Made by a program: the position numbers and the translations under genes. DNA of 64,000 nucleotides from Cyanobacteria bacterium P01_F01_bin.150 (GTDB lineage: Bacteria > Cyanobacteriota > Cyanobacteriia > CAKZMO01). How positions within the stretch are numbered: the stretch's first letter is position 1; each line of letters begins with the position of its first letter. This document shows, in pieces, positions 10,096 to 21,085 of the stretch. The DNA is taken from positions 34,505 to 98,504 of the forward strand of contig JBCCYL010000015.1 of NCBI GenBank assembly GCA_039189765.1, written 5' to 3'. The notes beneath the pieces were generated by a model. That model was not told where the DNA came from and made no database searches. It saw nothing but the letters and a program-made list of their open reading frames with translations.

Positions 10096-10440
10096 CTAGC
10101 TAGGGCGTTCACTGACAACTTCCTCAACGGTCGGCTCTTCAGCATCATTGGAAGATAATTCTTGCTTAATGGTCAAGTAACGAATAACATCCTCACTCAA
10201 ACGCATGGCACGCTCCATGGCCTTAACCGCATCGCCGGGACTTTGATAATTCATTTGAATATAAACCCCTTCACGATAGCGCTGAATTTCATAAGCAAGT
10301 CGGCGTCTACCCCGATGTTGAGTTTCAATATCAGCAGCACCATTATCAATTAATAATGTCTGATATTTGGTAATCGCCTGATCAGTCTGCTCTTCGCCCA
10401 TGTCAGGACGAAGAATATACATCGTTTCGTAAGCCTGCAT
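10096..10440 (-). CDS. rpsF: 30S ribosomal protein S6
   Basis: [34 protein letters not shown] precedes MQAYE. Confidence 0.96.
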   Translation of the reverse strand: MQAYETMYILRPDMGEEQTDQAITKYQTLLIDNGAADIETQHRGRRRLAYEIQRYREGVYIQMNYQSPGDAVKAMERAMRLSEDVIRYLTIKQELSSNDAEEPTVEEVVSERPS

Positions 10441-10449
10441 TAAATTAGT

Positions 10450-10563
10450 ACTCCTTCTGGACAAATGGCCCCTATGGAATCAACAGTTATCGCCAACAGC
10501 TCGTATACGAGTGATGCTGGAGCACCATGTACAAGCTGCTTAGCGTCTAACTAGAGGCAAGGA
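10450..10563 (-). promoter_or_regulatory. S6:S18-type ribosomal protein leader RNA
   Basis: Minus strand reads UCCUUGCCUCUA...UAGGGGCCAUUUGUCCAGAAGGAG. An anti-SD UCCU can pair with the RBS, plus an inner stem and CC, as in rpsF leaders. Confidence 0.65.
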
Positions 10564-10905
10564 TCTAATATCATATACCAAGAAGAAGGCCTTTTACTTG
10601 CCAACACTTGGACTTCGCCCTCATCAATGGCTTCAAAAGCAGTTCGCATCTCTAACGGAATAGCCTAAAGTAGATAAGTCTTATGATTTTTATACATTCT
10701 TGGCTTATCATTAAAATGCTAATAAATAATAAAAAATAAATGATTCCGTTGACTCTCCACAATGCCTTGCTTGAGGCTAAACAATAGAGTGAACTTTATA
10801 AGATGTGGCGGGAAAGGTGGGGTATGGTAGAGCGTATGACTTCGTTCCTGACACACTCACTCATACAGGTCTTTATCATCCTTACAGAAGAAGCAAATAA
10901 TAGCT

Positions 10906-11748
10906 ATGGCGCAGCGCTATGTCCGAGTGCAAACGAACCAAGGACACCTCCACTACGGGATCCTGAACCTTGATAGATGTGTGCAAGTTTTAGATGCTCC
11001 GCCTTGGTTGAGAGGGCAACCAACCGAGCTTTTGTTGTCAGCAGACGAGTATCACCTAATGGCTCCTTGCGCACCTTCAAAGATTGTAGCGGTGGGCAAA
11101 AACTATCGGAAGCATGCTGCCGAGATGGATTCGGTTGTTCCATCAGAGCCTTTATTATTTATCAAGCCTTCTACCACGTTAACGGCAACCCAATCGATTA
11201 TCCTCTATCCGTTCCAATCTAGTCGCGTAGATTATGAAGGAGAACTGGCCCTAATTATTGGCGATCGCTGTGCCGATTGTTCCCCCGAAGAAGCTCAAAG
11301 CAAGATTTGGGGTTACACTATCGCCAACGATGTAACCGCCCGAGACTTGCAACGTCAAGACAGCCAGTGGACTAGGGCTAAAGGCTTCGATACTTTTTGT
11401 CCCCTTGGACCATGGATTGTTAGAGAATTACCGGTTGGTGCCCAAATAGAGACCCATTTGAATGAAGATGAAAAACCTGTGCAATCAGCCTGCACTGAAG
11501 ACATGGTGTTCCCTCCAGACATCTTAGTAGCTTACATCAGCCAAATTATGACGCTGTTACCGGGCGATGTAGTTTTAACAGGAACCCCAGAAGGGGTAGG
11601 ACCCTTACATGTGGGCGATCGCGTCCGAGTTACCATTGAAGGCATTGGGTCTCTTGAGAATCAAATTGAGCCTAGGCCAAGACCAGAGGCCATTAATCGT
11701 AACCGAAGTATAAAAAAAGACCTGAATGAGATCAGTGGGCCAGATTAG
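10906..11748 (+). CDS. Fumarylacetoacetate hydrolase family protein
   Basis: KIVAVGKNY, DYEGEL, NDVTARD, AKGFDTFCPLGP, TGTPEGVG. Confidence 0.92.
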   Translation: MAQRYVRVQTNQGHLHYGILNLDRCVQVLDAPPWLRGQPTELLLSADEYHLMAPCAPSKIVAVGKNYRKHAAEMDSVVPSEPLLFIKPSTTLTATQSIILYPFQSSRVDYEGELALIIGDRCADCSPEEAQSKIWGYTIANDVTARDLQRQDSQWTRAKGFDTFCPLGPWIVRELPVGAQIETHLNEDEKPVQSACTEDMVFPPDILVAYISQIMTLLPGDVVLTGTPEGVGPLHVGDRVRVTIEGIGSLENQIEPRPRPEAINRNRSIKKDLNEISGPD

Positions 11749-11791
11749 AGCATTAGCTCTAATCAAATCCACAATAATGACATATGTTGCC

Positions 11792-12307
11792 CTAACGAAC
11801 TTGCATGTAAACTGCATCGGAGATAGTTGGAATTTCCGCATACTTACCCAATGCCGACTGGAAAATTGAGTAGACGATGATAGCCAACCCTCCCAGCACT
11901 ATCGTATTGATCAGAGTGACTCCGAGCATCGTATTGCCTAAAACTGGGACAATATTCAGAATAAGCTGCCAGAGAATACTAAATAAGCTCAATGCAATAC
12001 CCACTAAGATCGCTTGCATCGCATTAAAGCGGATAAAGTGACGAATCCGCTCGTTTCGCACAACTAATGCAAAAACTAGAATAAATGCAATAAAATCGCC
12101 AAGGGGAATTTGTCCGACAATGCTGGCGTAAAGCCCAAATAGCAGATTTAGGGGAATCATCAGTAACGATACACCCGGGATAGAATTTAGCGTTTGAAGA
12201 ATATCACCATAAGCAAAATCAAGGCGATAGGCATCTGCTAGCGGCAGAGCATAAACTAAGCAAGAAAAAAATCGATCCATTGCTGTTGAGCTGCCTCGCC
12301 ATGTCAT
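11792..12307 (-). CDS. Tic20 family membrane protein (Ycf60-like)
   Basis: MTWRG..DRFFSCLVYALPL, VVRNERIRHFIRFNAMQAIL, GKYAEIPTISDAVYMQVR. Confidence 0.88.
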   Translation of the reverse strand: MTWRGSSTAMDRFFSCLVYALPLADAYRLDFAYGDILQTLNSIPGVSLLMIPLNLLFGLYASIVGQIPLGDFIAFILVFALVVRNERIRHFIRFNAMQAILVGIALSLFSILWQLILNIVPVLGNTMLGVTLINTIVLGGLAIIVYSIFQSALGKYAEIPTISDAVYMQVR

Positions 12308-12478
12308 TATTTTTCTCCCTATGTAAACTTGGCTTACCTTAGAGAGTAGCAATTTTTTCGAGAAACGCAGAGAAATTTGTGCACAGTTTGTGACAGAACA
12401 TGTAAAAGGTAAGCAATTATATTCATACCATCTACAAATTTACACCCATTTGCTGAAGCGTTGCAGTCACAACAAGTC

Positions 12479-12688
12479 TTAACCATCAATGTGAGCAATG
12501 CGAAATCCCATCTGACATTCATATTGATTAAGGCGATGGTCACCATCTTCAGGCAAACATTGCAATGCTCGACCACACAAAAGCTCTCCACCATACCAAC
12601 GAGGCCTTCCCTGCTGGTCCGCCATCACGCATCCTTGACACACTGATTGGGACGGGAGCAATTGATTATCCATGAGGATCACTAGCAT
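12479..12688 (-). CDS. Small cysteine-containing cyanobacterial protein (CxxC...C...C)
   Basis: GGAGG RBS. MLVILMD..VCQGC..GELLCG..YECQMGFRIA, a possible zinc-binding protein. Confidence 0.75.
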   Translation of the reverse strand: MLVILMDNQLLPSQSVCQGCVMADQQGRPRWYGGELLCGRALQCLPEDGDHRLNQYECQMGFRIAHIDG

Positions 12689-12728
12689 CCTTGCACCTCC
12701 AATGACTCACCTCTACGACTCATTTTAG

Positions 12729-12808
12729 GGGTTTCGTTTTAAGGCGAAACAAAATCAACGTTAGTGGGGACGCTCCATGTACCCACTAACAGCCTAAAGT
12801 TGATACCC
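12729..12808 (+). mobile_element. ~80-bp MITE-like repeat, copy C
   Basis: GGGTTTCGTTTTAAGGCGAAACAAAATCAACG...CCTAAAGTTGATACCC, with direct repeat CATTTTAGG at 12721 and 12808. Confidence 0.85.
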
Positions 12809-13047
12809 ATTTTAGGCGGGAGATATAGTTGCTGTCTGTTGAAGACAGAGAAACGTTACTCAAACTTTATGGGTTCTTCAATTCCAACTCCCCTTATAAA
12901 ATTCCCCATAAATATGTGCAAAAAACTTGAAGCCAGATGAATTGTAGGGACAAGACACGTTAGTATGTTTATCCTGTGGCTCTATTTTATTAAATTGAGC
13001 GGCCCAAATATTTCTACTGATTCTTAAGACTTGAAAGGAGCATCATT

Positions 13048-14331
13048 GTGACCCAATCTAACACTGATTACCTTGTCCAGACAGATGCAACTGTGGCTCA
13101 AATGCTCCAGAATGAGCTACAGCGTCAACAAGAGCACCTCGAACTGATTGCTAGTGAGAATTTTGCGTCTCCTGCCGTTATGGCTGCTCAAGGCTCAGTG
13201 TTGACGAATAAGTACGCTGAAGGCTTACCACAAAAGCGATACTACGGTGGATGTGAATTCATAGATCAGGTCGAGCAGCTAGCCATTGATCGAGTCAAAG
13301 AGTTATTTGGAGCAGCCCATGCCAATGTTCAGCCCCACTCTGGTGCCCAAGCAAACTTTGCGGTCTTCCTAGCGTTGCTCCAGCCCGGCGATACGATTAT
13401 GGGTATGGACTTGTCCCACGGAGGACACTTGACCCATGGCTCTCCCGTTAATGTATCGGGTAAGTGGTTCAATGTTTGCCACTATGGGGTTAATCAAGAA
13501 ACCGAACAGCTTGATTACGATAATATTCGAGAGATTGCATTGGAGCACAAGCCCAAACTAATAATCTGTGGATACTCTGCCTACCCTCGCACCATTCATT
13601 TTGAAAAGTTACGGGCGATCGCCGATGAAATCGGTGCATTTCTGATGGCAGACATTGCCCATATTGCTGGACTTGTCGCCAGTGGACATCATCCTAATCC
13701 CCTTCCACATTGCGATGTCGTTACTACCACCACTCATAAAACCCTACGGGGACCTCGCGGTGGTTTGATTATGACCCGAGACCCAGAGCTGGGCAAAAAA
13801 TTTGACAAAGCTGTTTTTCCTGGTAGTCAGGGTGGTCCTTTGGAGCATGTCATTGCGGCAAAAGCTGTTGCCTTTGGGGAAGCTCTCAAGCCCGAATTTA
13901 AAGCTTACTGCGGTCAGGTCGTTGCTAATGCCAAAGCAATGGGTAAGCGTCTCCAAGAACGAGGATTCAAGATCGTATCCAGTGGCACTGATAACCATCT
14001 AATCTTAGTTGACCTCCGTTCCATCGGCATGACTGGAAAAGTTGCGGATCAGCTTGTCAGTTTAGTCAACATCACTGCTAATAAAAATACCGTTCCCTTC
14101 GACCCTGAATCACCGTTCGTCACCAGTGGTCTTCGGTTAGGCTCTCCAGCCATGACCACACGCGGTATGGGGACAGAGGAATTTGCAGAGATCGCTGACA
14201 TTATTGCCGATCGGTTATTGAATCCTGAAGATGAGGCGATCGCCCAAAACTGTCTTAACCGCGTTAAATCTCTCTGCAATCGCTTTCCCCTTTATCGCCA
14301 TCTCCAGCAGGCAGAACCCGCTCTTGTCTAG
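13048..14331 (+). CDS. glyA: Serine hydroxymethyltransferase
   Basis: [34 protein letters not shown]. Confidence 0.98.
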   Translation: MTQSNTDYLVQTDATVAQMLQNELQRQQEHLELIASENFASPAVMAAQGSVLTNKYAEGLPQKRYYGGCEFIDQVEQLAIDRVKELFGAAHANVQPHSGAQANFAVFLALLQPGDTIMGMDLSHGGHLTHGSPVNVSGKWFNVCHYGVNQETEQLDYDNIREIALEHKPKLIICGYSAYPRTIHFEKLRAIADEIGAFLMADIAHIAGLVASGHHPNPLPHCDVVTTTTHKTLRGPRGGLIMTRDPELGKKFDKAVFPGSQGGPLEHVIAAKAVAFGEALKPEFKAYCGQVVANAKAMGKRLQERGFKIVSSGTDNHLILVDLRSIGMTGKVADQLVSLVNITANKNTVPFDPESPFVTSGLRLGSPAMTTRGMGTEEFAEIADIIADRLLNPEDEAIAQNCLNRVKSLCNRFPLYRHLQQAEPALV

Positions 14332-14562
14332 ATCAACCTGGGCAAATTCCCAGATTCTCTAATCTGAGGTAGTCGGCTTAACTTGCGGACCTTATGATTA
14401 ATATCAAGGTTCCTCAGGATATATCCGGTTTTGTGTGCAGTCACGACGCAGAATATGAAAGGGCATCCCCTATTGACAAGATTCCCGTCATAAGGTCTCT
14501 TGAAATAGACACGTTTCCAATTTCCCAATACTTGTCGTGCTTGTACATCACTAAGGTTAGCC

Positions 14563-15612
14563 ATGCCCTCCCAGTTTTATCATCTGGTTGTTTTTTCAAT
14601 TTCCGCTGTAGTTGTTCTACTCAGCACCCCTATTGTCCGTAAGATTGGCATGAATAGCGGCCGCGTTGACTTACCAGGCGGCCGTAAAGTTCACGAACGT
14701 CCCATGGTTCGTCTCGGTGGTGTATCTATCTTTCTAGGCGTCTTGATTGCCCTATTAACCGCTTGGGCAATTGGTGGTTTCGGTATCCTTCCCCCGCAAA
14801 AAGAATATGAAATATGGGGAGTAACGATCGGAGGCCTGCTTTTTTTCCTGATTGGTCTCGCAGACGATTTATTTAATCTTTCACCATTGACCCGTCTAGC
14901 CCTGCAAATGCTTGTTGCAGGCTGTGCATGGTCTGTTGGAGTGCAAATTGCATTTATTGATATTCCGTTTGTCGGCATCACCCAATTGCCCGAAGTGCTA
15001 AGTTGTCTACTCACGATTATCTGGTTGGTTGGTATGGCAAATGCCATCAACTGGATTGATGGATTAGATGGTCTTGCTGCTGGGGTATGCGGAATTGCTG
15101 CCCTTGTTATGTTAATTGTTAGTCTGTTTATGAATCAGCCTGCCGCTGCATTAATCGTTGCAGCGTTAGCAGGGGGAGCATTTGGCTTCTTACGTTATAA
15201 CTTCAATCCTGCACAAATTTTTATGGGAGATGGAGGAGCCTATTTTATGGGCTTTACTCTAGCCGGTGTGGGGGTAATTGGTCTGCTAAAAGGGGTAACA
15301 ACAGTAGCCGTCCTATTACCTGTGCTGATTTTAGCTGTTCCTATTTTTGATATGTCAGCGGTGATTATTGATCGACTTCGTAGTGGCCAATCTCCATTCA
15401 TTGCAGATAAGCGTCATTTGCACCACCGATTATTGCAAGCAGGTCTATCACATCGATCAACGGTCCTATTTATCTATGCCCTAACTATCTGGGTAGGAAC
15501 TCTGGCTTTAGCCATTGCTCGTATTCCCAGCGGGGTTATTTATGCAAGTGCAGCAACCGCTTTATTAGGCTATAGCTGCTGGCGAGTACGTCGCCTATCT
15601 ACTAGGGGATAA
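14563..15612 (+). CDS. Undecaprenyl-phosphate GlcNAc-1-phosphate transferase (WecA/TagO, MraY-like)
   Basis: NAINWIDGLDGL, IFMGDGG, HLHHRL motifs, multi-TM. Confidence 0.9.
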   Translation: MPSQFYHLVVFSISAVVVLLSTPIVRKIGMNSGRVDLPGGRKVHERPMVRLGGVSIFLGVLIALLTAWAIGGFGILPPQKEYEIWGVTIGGLLFFLIGLADDLFNLSPLTRLALQMLVAGCAWSVGVQIAFIDIPFVGITQLPEVLSCLLTIIWLVGMANAINWIDGLDGLAAGVCGIAALVMLIVSLFMNQPAAALIVAALAGGAFGFLRYNFNPAQIFMGDGGAYFMGFTLAGVGVIGLLKGVTTVAVLLPVLILAVPIFDMSAVIIDRLRSGQSPFIADKRHLHHRLLQAGLSHRSTVLFIYALTIWVGTLALAIARIPSGVIYASAATALLGYSCWRVRRLSTRG

Positions 15613-15685
15613 TCTCTGCAACTTTAGCCCTGAGGACTCCATAATGGAGGTAAATTAGCAAAGGCAATTTGTAGAGTGACATCCC

Positions 15686-16948
15686 ATGGATCAGAGTGCT
15701 GAGATCATCTGTGTAGGAACAGAGCTATTACTAGGTGACATTCTCAATAGCAATGCCCAATATTTAGCTCAACAACTGGCTCAGTTAGGTATTCCCCACT
15801 ATTATCAGACGGTAGTAGGAGACAATCCAAATAGAATTCAGCGCGCGATTGCCATTGCCTGTGAGCGATCGCGCCTTTTAATTTTTACTGGGGGATTGGG
15901 GCCAACCCCAGACGATTTAACCACGGAAACCCTAGCCGATTTTTTCGGTGAGCCATTAATTGAGCGCCCTGAAATTATTGCAGATCTGCATCAGAAATTT
16001 ACCCAACGGGGTCGTAATTTATCTCCCAGCAATCTTAAACAGGCTCTACTTCCTGAAACTGCCCAAACTCTTCCCAATCCTCTGGGTAGTGCCCCTGGCA
16101 TCATTTGGGAACCTCGCTCTGGGTTAACCATATTGACTTTTCCTGGTGTGCCAAAGGAAATGGTTGCCATGTGGGAACAAACCGCAGTGCCCTATCTCAA
16201 ACAACATGGATGGAGCAAAACCACAATCTACAGCCGTATCCTTCGCCACTGGGGCATTGGCGAAGCAACATTGGCAGATAAAATTCGCCCGTTTTTTGAT
16301 TGCGATAATCCCACCGTTGCTCCTTATGCAGGCGAAGGAGAAGTCCGTTTACGGCTTTCAGCGAAAGCGACCTCTGAAGTAGAAGCACAGGCTCTTATTG
16401 CACCAGTTGAGCAAGAATTACGAGATATTATCGGAGAAGATTGCTACGGAGCTGACACTGATAGCCTCAGTTCCGTGGTTGGGCAACAGCTCATTGTCAG
16501 AAATGAAACATTGGCCGTTGCTGAATCCTGCACGGCTGGAGGTCTTGGTCATCAAATTACGACGACTCCTGGTAGCTCTGCCTATTTTTTGGGCGGCGTT
16601 ATTTCTTACAGCAATGCAATCAAGATACAATTGCTTAATGTTCAGGACTTGGATTTGACTCAATATGGTGCAGTGAGCCATCCCGTTGCTCGGCAAATGG
16701 CTCTGGGTGTGCGCGATCGCCTCGGTAGTAGCTGGGGTCTCAGCATCACTGGGATTGCAGGGCCAGAAGGAGGGACAGAAGAAAAGCCCGTTGGCCTTGT
16801 CTACATTGGCATTGCAGGTCCAGATAACCACTTGAGTAGCAATGAATATCGTTTATCGACCTATCGGGGGCGTGAATGGATTCGCTGGCTTAGCATTTGT
16901 ACTGCGTTGGATCAACTACGCCGTCTGCTGAATACAAAGCTTAAATAG
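15686..16948 (+). CDS. cinA: Competence/damage-inducible protein CinA (MoCF-like plus PncC domain)
   Basis: GTELLLG, GGLGPTPDDLT, AESCTAG, SITGIAGP. Confidence 0.93.
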   Translation: MDQSAEIICVGTELLLGDILNSNAQYLAQQLAQLGIPHYYQTVVGDNPNRIQRAIAIACERSRLLIFTGGLGPTPDDLTTETLADFFGEPLIERPEIIADLHQKFTQRGRNLSPSNLKQALLPETAQTLPNPLGSAPGIIWEPRSGLTILTFPGVPKEMVAMWEQTAVPYLKQHGWSKTTIYSRILRHWGIGEATLADKIRPFFDCDNPTVAPYAGEGEVRLRLSAKATSEVEAQALIAPVEQELRDIIGEDCYGADTDSLSSVVGQQLIVRNETLAVAESCTAGGLGHQITTTPGSSAYFLGGVISYSNAIKIQLLNVQDLDLTQYGAVSHPVARQMALGVRDRLGSSWGLSITGIAGPEGGTEEKPVGLVYIGIAGPDNHLSSNEYRLSTYRGREWIRWLSICTALDQLRRLLNTKLK

Positions 16949-17107
16949 CAAGCAATGCTCTTGTTTATTTGGCGAAATCGGCTATCATGAAATGAAGGCA
17001 CTTTATATCTACTTCTTCTAAATATTGTCGTTTCAATTTTAAAGTTGGGTGGATATTTTGTGTACTCTATGCTTACTTCGACGTTTTTATAGGGAGCGAC
17101 TTAGCCA

Positions 17108-17245
17108 ATGGACTTCATCGAAGAGATGCTGGATAAGCTGAGGGAACTCGTTGACAAGCTTTTAGATTCATTATTAGGGCCAGACCCTGAGCTTGAGCAT
17201 GAGCCTATTCCTGTTCCTGTCAACGATAGATACCGTCGACGATAG
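17108..17245 (+). CDS. 45-aa small protein (below the ORF track cutoff)
   Basis: MDFIEEMLDKLRELVDKLLDSLLGPDPELEHEPIPVPVNDRYRRR, with a GGGAG RBS, an amphipathic helix and a PIPVPV..R tail typical of small cyanobacterial proteins. Confidence 0.72.
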   Translation: MDFIEEMLDKLRELVDKLLDSLLGPDPELEHEPIPVPVNDRYRRR

Positions 17246-17292
17246 GTCATTATTTGAATCTTGAAACTTGTAAGAAATTGTAGGGTGTAAAG

Positions 17293-17733
17293 TTGTCTAC
17301 AGTTCTAGTTTTGAATGGTCCAAATCTCAACTTGTTGGGAACGAGAGAGCCAGGAATATATGGCGGTTTCACGTTAGAGGATGTAAGCAATAAACTTCGA
17401 ATACTAGCCGAGCAGCTATCAGTTGAACTGTTAATTTATCAGTCAAATCATGAAGGAGAGCTAGTTGACCTGATTCATAAAGCTTTGACTGAAAGAGTTG
17501 CAGGCATTCTAATTAATGCTGGGGCCTATACACACACTAGTGTGGCCCTTAGAGATGCTATATCTGCTGTAAATATCCCTACCGTTGAGATTCATATCAG
17601 TAATATATATGTGAGGGAAGAGTTCAGGCACTATTCATACATTGCACCTGTGGCTGTGGGCCAGATCAGTGGGTTTGGGTTAGAGAGCTATACGCTTGGG
17701 TTGCGTGCCCTGATGCCCTGGATAAATAAATAG
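17293..17733 (+). CDS. aroQ: Type II 3-dehydroquinate dehydratase
   Basis: [46 protein letters not shown]. Confidence 0.96.
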   Translation: MSTVLVLNGPNLNLLGTREPGIYGGFTLEDVSNKLRILAEQLSVELLIYQSNHEGELVDLIHKALTERVAGILINAGAYTHTSVALRDAISAVNIPTVEIHISNIYVREEFRHYSYIAPVAVGQISGFGLESYTLGLRALMPWINK

Positions 17734-17867
17734 GTAGCCTTTGTCTATTACTGAAGTGACTATTCTGTTCACTGGGGCGGGGCTTTGTGCTGACAGTATG
17801 ATATTGGCTGTGGACTGATTGGCAATTAATTTATATTAGTCGCTCAATCACTTCGAAAGGTATCATT

Positions 17868-19889
17868 CTACCTCTTCTTTACGCTTGTCTTCTCTACGTC
17901 ATTTATATCGGATAGTTTTCTGCTGCTGCTGCTAACTATGGTCGAGAGACTTGGTTTTAGCAGCAGGCTTTTTGTAGTTGTAACGGGAATGGTGAATTGA
18001 AACTTGCTTCCTTTACCGTGTCCTTTTGATTCAGCCCAAATTTCACCACCTAAATGGGTGACTACCTGGCGACAAATTGCTAGACCAAGGCCAGTTCCTC
18101 CGGTCGTTCGTCTTAGTGCACCTTCTTCTTGATAAAAGCGATCGAAGACTGCTTCAAGACGCTTTGGCGCAATCCCCCTACCCGTATCTTCAATTGAAAT
18201 TTTAATCATGTCATTTTGGGTAGAAGCTGCTTCAATGCTGATTTGTCCATCTGAAGGAGTAAATTTGCAGGCATTATCCAAAAGCTTTGATAACACCTCG
18301 ACAAGCCATTCTCCATCGGCACAGACGAAGGGTAAATCGCTAGCAACGTAGCTCTGAATAGTTGGAAGATTTTCTTTTTGTTGTCGTATCCGAATACTGC
18401 TTAACGCAAGCTCTACACACTCTTCTATCGACAGAGACTCTAAATGCCATTCAACTCGTCCACTCTCCAACTGCGAAAGGGTCAGAAAATCTTGCACTAG
18501 TTTTCGCAACCGTTCTGCATCCTCAAGAGCCGTACTAAGCATTACTTGTTGTAAGTCCTGCGGCATATCCGGCTCACTGGCCAGGCTTTCGAGGCAAACT
18601 TGAATTGTCGATAACGGTGTACGCAACTCATGCCCCGTAATGGCAATGAGGTTGCTTCGGGTCCGCTCTAAAGCTTCCAATTGTTGATTAAGACGGTCTA
18701 AATTTGCATAGGCTTCTGCTTGGATTAAAGCAACTCCAAACTGAACGGCGATCGCCTCTAACATCTTGATGTCATCTGCACTCCACGAGTAGTGGGACTC
18801 GTTTCCAGCGTGAAGTTCTACGATGCCCATCAGAACTTCCTGATGCGTGATCGGAACTAACAACCAGCCACGTATCTGATACTGCTCAATCAAGCTTGCT
18901 AAAGAGACTAAGTTAATTGCAGAAAAAGTTTCCACATTTTCTATTGCAATTGTCTCCTGCTGTTGGATAATTGCTTGAAAAAGAGGATTATTATGCAGCG
19001 GCCAAACCTGCCCCACTAATGAGAGACAGTTAGAATTCAACAAGAACTCATGTTGAATAGTAATGCTCTGGTCATCTGCATGGCACGGATAAATAAAGCA
19101 TCGTTCAACCTGCATGACCTGCCCCAATTCTTGCACTGCCACAGCAAAGATCTGCTCCGGATCCAAAGACCGACGAATTGCAGACGTAATTAGATTAATA
19201 AGTTGTTCACGCCTACTCTGAGCCATCATGGCACGATAAGCTTTCAAAAGCTTGTACTGCCCAGCCTGTAGATAAGTTGTAAGCCTTTGTACAAAAGGAT
19301 CTGGGGCAATTGTTTGAGATGTATCAGCAACATTGAGAAAGGTATCCTTAGCTTCTGCAATTTTATTGGCTAATTCAGGCCGATAAACCAGGATTCGATC
19401 CAAAATAATGGTGGCAGATTGACAGCTAACCGTTTTATCAAACGTCCAAATCCCTTCAAAGCGGCGATTCTCATCCATAGCAATGGGAACTCTTCCGGAT
19501 GGTTCCTCATCTGTCTTTTCTCGACAAATTAGGCATGCGGTATGATGCAGACCAACAACAACAAGATGCCACTCTTGACTAAGCTGATCAGACGGTTCGA
19601 AGGCTACTCTTTCATAATCTTCAGACCCATGTGAAAAACTTGTTTCAGGTGCAGCTAAAACATAAACATGAGGAGTAAGGCGAGAAATTCTACGATAACG
19701 CTGAGCTTCCTGCCGGTAAAAGCGCTCTTGCTGAAAACTTGCAATCACAAGTGAAGGACTATCGCCAGCAAGAACTTGATCTTCCATTGCATGGGATAAC
19801 GCAGTGAGTGAAGACTTAAAATAAATTTGAAACCGAAGCTCAGGCATCGCCTGAATCACTTGATCTAGAATTGAAGTAGAAATACTCAT
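17868..19889 (-). CDS. DICT-GAF sensor histidine kinase
   Basis: N-terminal DICT (YFKSSLTALSHAMED, EWHLVV, FEGIWTFD), GAF, H-box HELRTPL, N/G boxes (LLDNACKFT, DTGRGI, GGTGLGL). Confidence 0.9.
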   Translation of the reverse strand: MSISTSILDQVIQAMPELRFQIYFKSSLTALSHAMEDQVLAGDSPSLVIASFQQERFYRQEAQRYRRISRLTPHVYVLAAPETSFSHGSEDYERVAFEPSDQLSQEWHLVVVGLHHTACLICREKTDEEPSGRVPIAMDENRRFEGIWTFDKTVSCQSATIILDRILVYRPELANKIAEAKDTFLNVADTSQTIAPDPFVQRLTTYLQAGQYKLLKAYRAMMAQSRREQLINLITSAIRRSLDPEQIFAVAVQELGQVMQVERCFIYPCHADDQSITIQHEFLLNSNCLSLVGQVWPLHNNPLFQAIIQQQETIAIENVETFSAINLVSLASLIEQYQIRGWLLVPITHQEVLMGIVELHAGNESHYSWSADDIKMLEAIAVQFGVALIQAEAYANLDRLNQQLEALERTRSNLIAITGHELRTPLSTIQVCLESLASEPDMPQDLQQVMLSTALEDAERLRKLVQDFLTLSQLESGRVEWHLESLSIEECVELALSSIRIRQQKENLPTIQSYVASDLPFVCADGEWLVEVLSKLLDNACKFTPSDGQISIEAASTQNDMIKISIEDTGRGIAPKRLEAVFDRFYQEEGALRRTTGGTGLGLAICRQVVTHLGGEIWAESKGHGKGSKFQFTIPVTTTKSLLLKPSLSTIVSSSSRKLSDINDVEKTSVKKR

Positions 19890-20276
19890 CAAATTGGCTT
19901 TGCTAAATAAGCCACTACAAAGATCCAAATAAGAAAAGATTACCTAAAGCAGTAAACCGCAAGATTGAACGGACAAGAGGCGACTAAGATAGGACGAAAC
20001 AATCAATCACATTTGTCTATACTGCAATAGTAACTCTCACGATAATCTTACAGTATTGCCATCCTTATTCCATGGAAGCTTCAATATATGATGCATGTTT
20101 CCTAGCTATAAACAGAAAGGGAGGCATCACCATATAATTATGAAGACTGACGAGACTTTTTGAGATAATAATAGGGCGTCAATTCCAGGGTGTGTTGATG
20201 TGAGCGCCTTACGGTAGGCAATTTCCATAAGGATTTTATTGGAATCCTTGTTTACATTTGCAATGATGAGACGTTT

Positions 20277-21038
20277 ATGTACAGCGATGACGACTTAACC
20301 GTACTAGATGTAGTTGGAGACCTAGAAAGTCCCCTTGACCAGTTGGAGACCGTTGAAGATGACACGAGTACGGAACTCCCCGATCCGGAAGAAATGCTTG
20401 CCCTTCTTGAAGCCGCCGATCCTCAACAGCGAATGCTTGCAGCTCGCTCATTTTGTGATTTGCAAGATGAGCGAGCAATTCCAAAACTAATTAATCTCTT
20501 ATCAGATCCTTGTCCTCTGGTAAGAGTTAGTGCTGCTTATGGGCTGGGAAGAAACCCTAGTAAAGATGCCGTAGAGTCTTTGATTCATCAGCTACAAACT
20601 GACTGGAACGGATATGTTCGAAAGGGTGTTGTTTGGGCTTTAGGCAATTGCCAAGACTTACGATCACGCGACCCGCTGCTGGTAGCAATTAAAGAAGACA
20701 TTCCAGCAGTGCGCTTGTGGGCCGCCAGTGCACTGGCCCAGATGAGGGGAATTGATTATGAGTCAATTATATGTGCTATTCCTCCTCTTATTGAAGCGAT
20801 GTTAAACGACCCTATTCCTGCAGTGCGTAGTAACTGTGCTTGGGCCATCGGTGAATTATGTCGAGAGCTACCCTCCAATGTGGTGTACTCAACGGCTGTA
20901 GATGCGCTCATCGAAGCTTTTGCAGAAGATGCCGATTTAGGAGTGCGAGAAGATGCTCGAGCAGCAGTACTTAAGTTAGGGGATACTCGAGGCTTACAAG
21001 TTATCGAAGAAATTGAACTGGACGGATTCTTCCTGTAG
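20277..21038 (+). CDS. HEAT-repeat (PBS lyase-like) protein
   Basis: Repeated VR..AA.ALG units. Confidence 0.85.
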   Translation: MYSDDDLTVLDVVGDLESPLDQLETVEDDTSTELPDPEEMLALLEAADPQQRMLAARSFCDLQDERAIPKLINLLSDPCPLVRVSAAYGLGRNPSKDAVESLIHQLQTDWNGYVRKGVVWALGNCQDLRSRDPLLVAIKEDIPAVRLWAASALAQMRGIDYESIICAIPPLIEAMLNDPIPAVRSNCAWAIGELCRELPSNVVYSTAVDALIEAFAEDADLGVREDARAAVLKLGDTRGLQVIEEIELDGFFL

Positions 21039-21085
21039 GACAGAAAAAGTCGTTTAGCGTGTATTAAAGAAGTGTTTTATCTGTA

